A program made the position numbers and the translations under genes. DNA of 64,000 nucleotides. Origin: an uncultured Acidimicrobiaceae bacterium (lineage in GTDB: Bacteria > Actinomycetota > Acidimicrobiia > Acidimicrobiales > Bog-793). Positions 60,499 through 64,000 of this stretch are shown piece by piece. The notes under the pieces were generated by a model. The model worked only from the letters and a program-made list of their open reading frames with translations, searched no databases and was not told the origin of the DNA. The first letter of the stretch is position 1, and each line of letters opens with the position of its first letter. The stretch covers positions 1,092,322 to 1,156,321 of the forward strand of contig CAWISR010000003.1 of assembly GCA_963838845.1 (NCBI GenBank), given 5' to 3'.

Positions 60499-63056
60499 GC
60501 GACGACAGCACTCCGTCGAGTGGAGAAGGTCTCGGGGCCGTCGAGGATGTGAGCGAGGACGTCACTCCCTCGAGGCGAGGAGCTCTCGGGGCCTTCTTTC
60601 GGTGGCGCTATCGCACGGACGTGCTCGGCGTCGCGATCGTCATCGTCGTCGCGCTCTTATACCTGTCGCCCTCGGTGAAGGACGGCTTCAGCTTCGGCCC
60701 GACGGATCTCGTCTCTGGCGCGTCGGTGCTCACGCAGTCCCTCTTCACGGTTCTCGTGCACAACCACCCGACAGTTCTCTCGCACAACCACCTGGCCGGC
60801 GACGTCGGTGACCAGGGTGTGCCGTGGAACGCGATCGATTGGCGCATCGTGCACGAGGGCTCGATCCCACTGTGGAACTCGACGGCCGGGACTGGGCTTC
60901 CCCAGCTGTTCAATTTCGAGTCGGCGGCGCTCGCGCTGCCGACGTTGATCGCCTACCTCTTCCCGCTCTCCGCCTCGTTCCTCGTCACCGTGCTCGGCAA
61001 GTTGTTGATCGCCGGCATCGGCACCTACGTGTGCTGTCGTGTCCTTGGGACGAGAGCCGCCGGCGCGACCTTGGGCGGGATCTCGTTCATGTTGTCGGGA
61101 AGCTTTGCCGGGTGGCTCGGGTGGTCAATCTCGGGGCCGGTCGCGTGGTCGGGCTTCATCCTCGCCGGCGTCGTCATCGCGTACCGGTCGCGCCGAAGAG
61201 CGCGTGATCTCTGGTTGCTAGCGGTGTCGGTCGCGTTCGCGATCTACGGGGGATTCCCCGAGATGTACGTGATCATGGGGCCGGCTCTGCTCGGCGCGGC
61301 CGGCGTCGCGGCTCTCCTCATCTTCGTTCGCGACCACAAGCTCTACTGGCGCGGCATCGGGCGCGTCCTCGCCGGTTCCGTTGCCGGCTTCGCGCTGTCG
61401 GCGCCGTTGTGGCTGCCGGGGATCTCGGTCGTCAAGCACTCGGCGCGCTCGACCAAGCACCTCGACGGCGGACTCGTGGCACCACTGCTGCACCTCATGT
61501 TCGTGCAGGGGTACTACGGCCTGCCGATCCAGGGCAGCGTCTGGTTCACGAATCTGAGCAACTACTACGAGTCAGCCGCCTACCTCGGCATCGTCGCGAT
61601 CGTCTGCGCGGCGCTCGGAGTCGTGCTCTGTGTCCGCCGTCCGATCATCATCGGTCTCTCGCTCGCCGGCTTCGGGACGCTCATCGCCTGTTACGACATC
61701 TTCGGCGGGATCGGCAAGACGATCTTCAGCGACATCGGGCTCGGTGCGGTCGCCGTCCACCGCGGCTTGCCGGTCTTCGAATTCTGCGTCGCCGTCGTGG
61801 CGGGCATCGGGTTGGACGCGCTTTTACGCCGATTCACCGAGCGAAGGGTGCAGATCGTCTTTTTGGTCATCCTCGCGGCGGTGTCGTTCGAGGTCATCGA
61901 GCTGTGGAGGTGGGTCGACCTCCCGTCGCTCGACGCGCTCGATCGTGCGTTGCGCACATCAAGCCGTGCGTTGCCCACACCAAGCCTCCGCGCGTTGCGC
62001 ACATCAAGCCTCGTTTGGCCGACGTGGACGACAGGGATGCTCATCGTCGTCGCGCTGGTGTTCGTCGCCGTGCCGAAGCGATCCGAGATCTTGCGGCGCT
62101 GGGTCCCAAGAGCGGTCGCGGCGCTGTTCGTCGGCACGCAGGGTGCGTTCTTGGTCATCGCCGGAGTCGGCATCAACAGCTACTTCAAGAACCCGTTCCC
62201 GACGGATCCGGCGGTGAAGACAGTGGCGCGCATCGTCGGCGGCGGCATGCTCGCGGCGGACACGCCGAACGTGAACTGCCTCAACCTGCCACCGGCGCGG
62301 GCGAACAAACCTTGCGGCGTCCGGATGTGGGAGGGCTACGGCTTCATCGCGAACGTGCAAGGTGGCTACGACATCGACGAGCTCGCGATGCACGACCCGA
62401 TCATCCCCCAGCGTTACTTCGATGCCTGGCCGGTGCCGGACGCCGGTCAGGTGTTCAAGGGGAACGTCGGTTTCTTCTCGCCGTCGATCACCTCGGTCGC
62501 GCTCGCCCGCCGCTACGGCGTGACGGCGGTGCTGCTGCCGCCGGGACACCCACTGCCGAAGGGGATGAACCTCGTCGCCGAGGTGCCGGTCGGAGGAAAC
62601 AACAAGATCGAGCTGGCGACGGTGCCCGACTCGTCGCGTTTCGCCTTTGTCGGCAAGCCGAGCGCAAAGCAAGCGACCGTCCTTTCGTACACGCAGACGA
62701 ACGACGCGACGTACACCCTCAACGTCGACGTCCCCGAAACGTCGACCCTCTTTTTGCATCTCACCTACTTCTCCGGCTGGCACGTCACCGCCGATGGCCA
62801 CCCACTGAAGGTCACGCCCTTCGAAGGGATGTTCGAGGTCCGCGTTCCAGCCGGAACGACGAGGGTCACCGCCCACTACTGGCCGCGGACCTTTACCGAA
62901 GGGATCGTGCTCGCAGCCGTCGCCCTCGCCGCGCTCGCCTTCTGGCCGGCACTGCCGTTTGTAGGCTCGGCCGGAAGGGCGCTCGTCGTGGGGATTCGCC
63001 GCCGACGTGGCGACCGAACGGCGCCGCCGTCCGACGAGGGGGAGGTGCAGCCTTGA
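60495..63056 (+). CDS. Large polytopic membrane protein, YfhO-like (putative glycosyl-transfer/lipid-linked glycan membrane protein)
   Basis: 853 aa with at least 12 hydrophobic helices. A C-terminal beta-rich extracytoplasmic region and a final TM follow (...TRVTAHYWPRTFTEGIVLAAVALAALAFWP), typical of the YfhO architecture. The GTGA start overlaps the upstream stop. Confidence 0.5.
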   Translation: MSDDSTPSSGEGLGAVEDVSEDVTPSRRGALGAFFRWRYRTDVLGVAIVIVVALLYLSPSVKDGFSFGPTDLVSGASVLTQSLFTVLVHNHPTVLSHNHLAGDVGDQGVPWNAIDWRIVHEGSIPLWNSTAGTGLPQLFNFESAALALPTLIAYLFPLSASFLVTVLGKLLIAGIGTYVCCRVLGTRAAGATLGGISFMLSGSFAGWLGWSISGPVAWSGFILAGVVIAYRSRRRARDLWLLAVSVAFAIYGGFPEMYVIMGPALLGAAGVAALLIFVRDHKLYWRGIGRVLAGSVAGFALSAPLWLPGISVVKHSARSTKHLDGGLVAPLLHLMFVQGYYGLPIQGSVWFTNLSNYYESAAYLGIVAIVCAALGVVLCVRRPIIIGLSLAGFGTLIACYDIFGGIGKTIFSDIGLGAVAVHRGLPVFEFCVAVVAGIGLDALLRRFTERRVQIVFLVILAAVSFEVIELWRWVDLPSLDALDRALRTSSRALPTPSLRALRTSSLVWPTWTTGMLIVVALVFVAVPKRSEILRRWVPRAVAALFVGTQGAFLVIAGVGINSYFKNPFPTDPAVKTVARIVGGGMLAADTPNVNCLNLPPARANKPCGVRMWEGYGFIANVQGGYDIDELAMHDPIIPQRYFDAWPVPDAGQVFKGNVGFFSPSITSVALARRYGVTAVLLPPGHPLPKGMNLVAEVPVGGNNKIELATVPDSSRFAFVGKPSAKQATVLSYTQTNDATYTLNVDVPETSTLFLHLTYFSGWHVTADGHPLKVTPFEGMFEVRVPAGTTRVTAHYWPRTFTEGIVLAAVALAALAFWPALPFVGSAGRALVVGIRRRRGDRTAPPSDEGEVQP
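61944..62009 (+). repeat. In-frame 21-nt tandem triplication inside the membrane protein gene
   Basis: Copy 1 is cgtgcgttgcgcacatcaagc (61944-61964) and copy 2 is cgtgcgttgcccacaccaagc (61965-61985). After a ctc spacer, copy 3 is cgcgcgttgcgcacatcaagc (61989-62009). Together they encode RALRTSS-RALPTPS-L-RALRTSS. Confidence 0.9.
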
Positions 63057-63139
63057 CGAGGTCATTCGCCGCCGGCCTGGTCAGTCGGGATTTCGAACTA
63101 GTTTGACTTCCTAGAAAGTTGCGTTTTCGAGGAGGAGCG

Positions 63140-64000
63140 ATGACCGGAAGCGTCATCATCGCCGGCGCCCGCACGCCGATCGGCAAGCTGTCGGGCGCGC
63201 TCGCCACGCTGAAAGCGGTCGACCTCGGGGCGATCGCGATCGCCGAGGCGCTCGTCCGGGCGGGGGTCGACCCAGCGGCGGTGGACTACGTCGTCATGGG
63301 CCACGTCCTGCAAGCAGGACAGGGCCAGGACACGGCGCGCCAGGCGGCGGTGAAGGCCGGCATCCCGATGTCGACGCCGGAGACGACGGTGAACAAGGTT
63401 TGCCTCTCCGGATTGAACGCCATCCATCTCGCCGACTTGATGGTGCGCGCCGGCGATGCGGACCTCGTCGTCGCCGGCGGGATGGAATCGATGACGAACG
63501 CGCCGTACGTGCTGCCCGGCGCGCGCGCCGGATTCCGCTTCGGCGATCAAGCCGTGCTCGACGTGATCCAAGTCGACGGGCTTGTCTCGTCCTTCCAGCA
63601 TTTCTTGATGGGCGAGGGGACGGATCACGACGCCAGGGCCGCCGGTATCTCGAGGGAGCGCCAAGACGAGATCGCGTTGAAGTCGAACGAGCGCGCCGCC
63701 GACGCCATCGCGTCCGGTCGCTTCGGCGAAGAGATCGTGCCGGTGACGGTGACCGACCGGCGGGGGTCGGTCGTCGTCGATGCCGACGAGGGCGTGCGGC
63801 CGAACACCACCGCCGAGGGTCTCGCCTCGTTGAAGCCGGCGTTCGTCCCGGACGGCACCGTCACCGCCGGCAACGCGAGCCAGATCTCCGACGGGGCGGC
63901 GGCGGTGGTCGTCACCTCGCCCCGTCGCGCCGAGGAGCTTGGCGTCGAGCCGCTGGCCGAACTCATCGCCTACGGACAGGTCGCCGGCCCGAGCGAGTCG
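63140..64000 (+). CDS. Acetyl-CoA C-acetyltransferase (thiolase), 3'-truncated by the window edge
   Basis: My own translation from the ATG at 63140 (SD GAGGAGG upstream) gives MTGSVIIAGARTPIGKLSGALATLKAVDLGAIAIAEAL...TVNKVCLSGLNAIHLA...GGMESMTNAPY... The ORF track omits it because no stop lies inside the window. Confidence 0.9.
   Translation, partial: MTGSVIIAGARTPIGKLSGALATLKAVDLGAIAIAEALVRAGVDPAAVDYVVMGHVLQAGQGQDTARQAAVKAGIPMSTPETTVNKVCLSGLNAIHLADLMVRAGDADLVVAGGMESMTNAPYVLPGARAGFRFGDQAVLDVIQVDGLVSSFQHFLMGEGTDHDARAAGISRERQDEIALKSNERAADAIASGRFGEEIVPVTVTDRRGSVVVDADEGVRPNTTAEGLASLKPAFVPDGTVTAGNASQISDGAAAVVVTSPRRAEELGVEPLAELIAYGQVAGPSES

Noticed and set aside
63085-63139. AT-rich stretch with TTGACT and a repeated TTTCGA upstream of the thiolase gene
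   Set aside because: It could be a promoter or operator. No acceptable -10 lies at the proper spacing, and the repeats are short (6 nt), so the evidence is insufficient to call a site.

Overview
GC-rich, actinobacterial-type chromosomal window; I saw no rRNA, tRNA, CRISPR array or IS element. The core (10.2-34.8 kb) is the conserved ribosomal superoperon. It runs rpsL-rpsG-fusA-tuf, directly followed by rpsJ-rplCDWB-rpsS-rplV-rpsC-rplP-rpmC-rpsQ, then rplNXE-rpsN-rpsH-rplFR-rpsE-rpmD-rplO-secY-adk-map, then infA-rpmJ-rpsMKD-rpoA-rplQ-truA, then rplM-rpsI-glmM. Many gene junctions are 1-nt or 4-nt overlaps (ATGA/GTGA). Downstream housekeeping genes are glmS-acpS-nnr-alr, a family-4 UDG, tsaE-tsaB-rimI-tsaD, groES-groEL behind a perfect CIRCE operator, a NUDIX hydrolase, a GuaB3-like protein, a large YfhO-like membrane protein and a thiolase truncated at the 3' edge. 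Accessory content sits at 0-10 kb (AAA/TPR regulator, about 958-aa secreted repeat protein, MBL hydrolase, AraC regulator, methyltransferase, HIT-like protein, two membrane proteins). More accessory content is at 27.9-29.1 kb (AIM24 pair inserted antisense between map and infA), 36.3-38.1 kb (secreted Ig-Ig-G1 peptidase) and 46.7-56.4 kb. The best candidate for a new system is at 49.06-56.40 kb. It is a tight operon of a cNMP-binding protein, a NarL-type response regulator fused to a class III nucleotidyl cyclase (Gln at the purine-specifying Lys position), a permease-less ABC ATPase and a roughly 10-TM GAF histidine kinase. This operon converges on a second operon of MBL hydrolase, NarL response regulator and stand-alone receiver. 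Other oddities: rplE has no stop codon and reads in frame into rpsN across a GGGG run with a +1 TAA. A degenerate second copy of the rpsJ 3' end lies in an unusually long structured rpsJ-rplC spacer. L4, L22 and S3 carry long Ala/Lys-rich or acidic tails. One of the two MBL paralogs has HxHxGH in place of HxHxDH. A membrane-protein gene contains an in-frame 21-nt tandem triplication. All calls rest on reading the supplied translations and the DNA; no database search was run.
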